From Phaeosaccion multiseriatum (Eukaryota; Protista; Ochrophyta, other classes), in NCBI GenBank assembly GCA_965112735.1, contig OZ218956.1, forward strand, positions 3,596,001-3,660,000: DNA of 64,000 nt, in the 5' to 3' direction. The notes under the pieces are model-generated. The model was not told the origin of the DNA. It searched no databases and saw only the letters and a program-made list of their open reading frames with translations. Shown piece by piece: positions 61,791-64,000 of this stretch; positions within the stretch are counted from its first letter, which is position 1; each line of letters opens with the position of its first letter. A program made the translations under genes and the position numbers.

Positions 61791-63992
61791 GGCTCCTTGG
61801 CCCTCCCTTGAGCATCAAAAACCTCCCCCTGGATGGTGGTGTCCTCTCGGTGTTGTAGCATCCCCTTGTCCAGGAGGAAGCGAGGAACGCACGCGACCAG
61901 ATCCTTCAGCAAAGCCATGTCGTTGAAGGCACTCTGTGCCACCCCTCGACTCGCAGCTCCTCCCCTCAGCACACTCAACAGCGCTGGCTGCTGCTGGACA
62001 ATCACAGATATTGTACTTCTGCTCTTCTTCTCCTTCGCCTTTCCACCTGTCTTCCTCTTTGCTGCCGCTTCCTTCTTCCTCTTTGCTGCTGCAGCAGCTG
62101 CCGCTTCCTCCTTCCTCTTGTTCTCCTCGGCCATCCGCATAGGGGCAAGCCGAGCGTTTCGCAACACTGTGGCGCCGGCCTCACCATCATCATCCCCTGT
62201 CGGGAGGAAACTATACATGTTGGAGCGGAATTGCTGCATCACCCGCCGATTCTGCTGCGCCGCCCTCTCGCGCCTTCGTAGCTTGTTCTTCTGCCTGTCC
62301 TCCCTCACTTGCGTTGATGCCATAATGGCATCATTCCGCTCCACACCAGCCCCCGAGACACGGTCGCTAGGGAAGGGCACATTCAACTTGAGGCGCTGGC
62401 CGTAGTGCTTCCATTTCTCGGGCTTCTCCGCCGTCAGGACGACCGGCTTGAAGCCCGAGACTTCGGCACCATCGCGACACAGGGGCATCGACTCCTTCGC
62501 CCAGGCACTGGCACACACTTCTGGAAACTGCATCCCCTCCCGAAGAGTCAACACGTCTTTCCCAACAGCCAACATCGACACCTTCCCTTTGCCCCCCTTG
62601 CAGTCCTCGCGAGCCGCGCAAGCCCGGCGATGCGCCGCGAGCTGCATAGGTCTCCTAGTCTGGCGCAAATAACGCCATGGGTCGGCGGCAAGCTTGAGGA
62701 GGAGGCACCGAAGCAGCAGGTCTTGCTTGTCTCCCTCCGCCGTCGGCTCCACCAGGACAATAAGAGTGGTGTTATGCCACGTTCGCCAGTGACCTTGACC
62801 CCCCGCGAAAGTGGCTAACACGTGCTTGTTCTCGAGCACCTTGACCCTCCTCAAGCGCGGAAGCAGGTTGGAGCAGAAGAGGCTATCCTCTTTGACCTGA
62901 CCATGCCAAGCGAGAAGAAGGTTGAAGAAAAGGTAAGGGGTGGATTCTGCATCGGCTCCGTCGTGTCTGCCTGCCTGCCCATATGCCTGCCTGCCTGCCC
63001 ATATGCCTGCCTGCCTGCCTCCCTCTCTGCCTGCCCATATGCCTCTCTGCCTGCCTGCCCATATGCCTGCCCATATGCCTGCCTGCCTGCCTGCCTGCCT
63101 GCCTGCCCATATGCCCCTGTTCCAGCCGTGCCCTTCGCTCAAATCAAATGCTCACCTCAAGGCCAGCGTTCGTGAGGATGCTCCTCCCCCCCCCCCTGAC
63201 AGGCCTGGAGTCGCCAATGTAGATGATGTTGCAGTTGAGTTTTCCTTCACTCTTCCACGTTGCCAGTTCTTGGGCACACCCGATGCAGGGGAGCGTCGAA
63301 ACGACCAGTACCACCTCATCAGTAGGAGTCCAGCCGGACCGCTTCCCGATGCACTCCAGCAGCTCCGTCTCTGCATGAGCGCCCACTGTAACTCCATGGA
63401 GACAGCTGGACACATCAGCTCTGGCCGGTCCACTCCGTCTTGCCACAAGCCACTCCTCTCTGGTGACGTTGTAGGCCCCCGCTGCTATGGCACTGTGGTT
63501 CTGCCCCGGTTCCTTCGCCTTCACAGCCTCAGAATACACACGCCTGGACAGATCCACCACACCGTCCTTCCACGGAACCTTCTCATCCAGCACCGTCGGA
63601 CGCAGTTCCCGCCCCCCGCCCTCCTCCTGCTGCTGCTCCTGCTGCTGCTGCTGCTGCTGCTCCTGCTGCTGCTGCTGCTGCTGCTCCTGCTGCTGCTCAG
63701 GCGCGGACACGTCAGGCCTCGAAAGCAGCGTCGGCCCCCCGCGCTTCTTGCTCTTGTTCTTCTCTCTCTGCTGCTGCTGCTGCTGCTGCGGCTGCTGCTC
63801 CTGAGGCGGGGGTAGGTCGGCCGCACACCAGGCATCCACAGCGCTGTTGGGCACCACGAGCACCTCGAACAGCAGATTGTTGTGCCTGCCTCTCATAAGG
63901 GCAATGCACTTGCGCTTGTCTGTATCCACCCCCCCGCCCAGGCCCTCCCAGAGGGCGTCGGCCATCTCCTTGCCCTCCTCCTCACCGAGCAT
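57366..63992 (-). CDS. Proposed giant deaminase-Fanzor fusion gene (about 1,900 aa or more, at least 6 exons, may extend past window end)
   Basis: Exons 63992-63156, 62896-60800, 60590-58749, 58541-58122, 58033-57782 and 57612-~57366 join through phase-0 GT-AG introns with no stop. Exon 1 holds HAE-x26-PCIGC. Confidence 0.7.
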
Positions 63993-64000
63993 GGTGAACG

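Noticed and set aside
48700-64000. Transposase, serine recombinase or Helitron Rep gene accompanying the Fanzors
   Set aside because: No DDE, HUH or serine-recombinase motifs were recognisable in the window.

Overview
GC-rich, intron- and microsatellite-rich eukaryotic nuclear DNA, probably from a stramenopile alga (inferred from a signal-peptide Npl4-like gene, a HAD-IGPD HisB, DUF1517 and PPR genes). The first ~48.7 kb is mostly housekeeping genes: Npl4-like, CCCH-repeat protein, STRAP, Yaf9/YEATS, cyclophilin, DUF819, PPR-SMR, MRG, two DUF1517 paralogs, HisB, ATG101 and Eaf6, plus a non-LTR retrotransposon relic. From ~49 kb to the window end lie two convergent, paralogous, very large spliced genes, each ending in a Fanzor2/TnpB-type RuvC-zinc-ribbon nuclease module. 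The minus-strand copy looks intact. Five phase-0 GT-AG introns can join it into one reading frame of about 1,900 aa or more, with an N-terminal Zn-dependent deaminase motif (HAE-x26-PCxxC) and a complete D/E/D RuvC triad. The plus-strand copy is a rearranged pseudogene with remnants of a ubiquitin-specific protease domain where the other has the deaminase. Both copies share a conserved non-coding 3' element (candidate omegaRNA or element end). All exon models were read by eye and are unconfirmed by transcripts or database searches.
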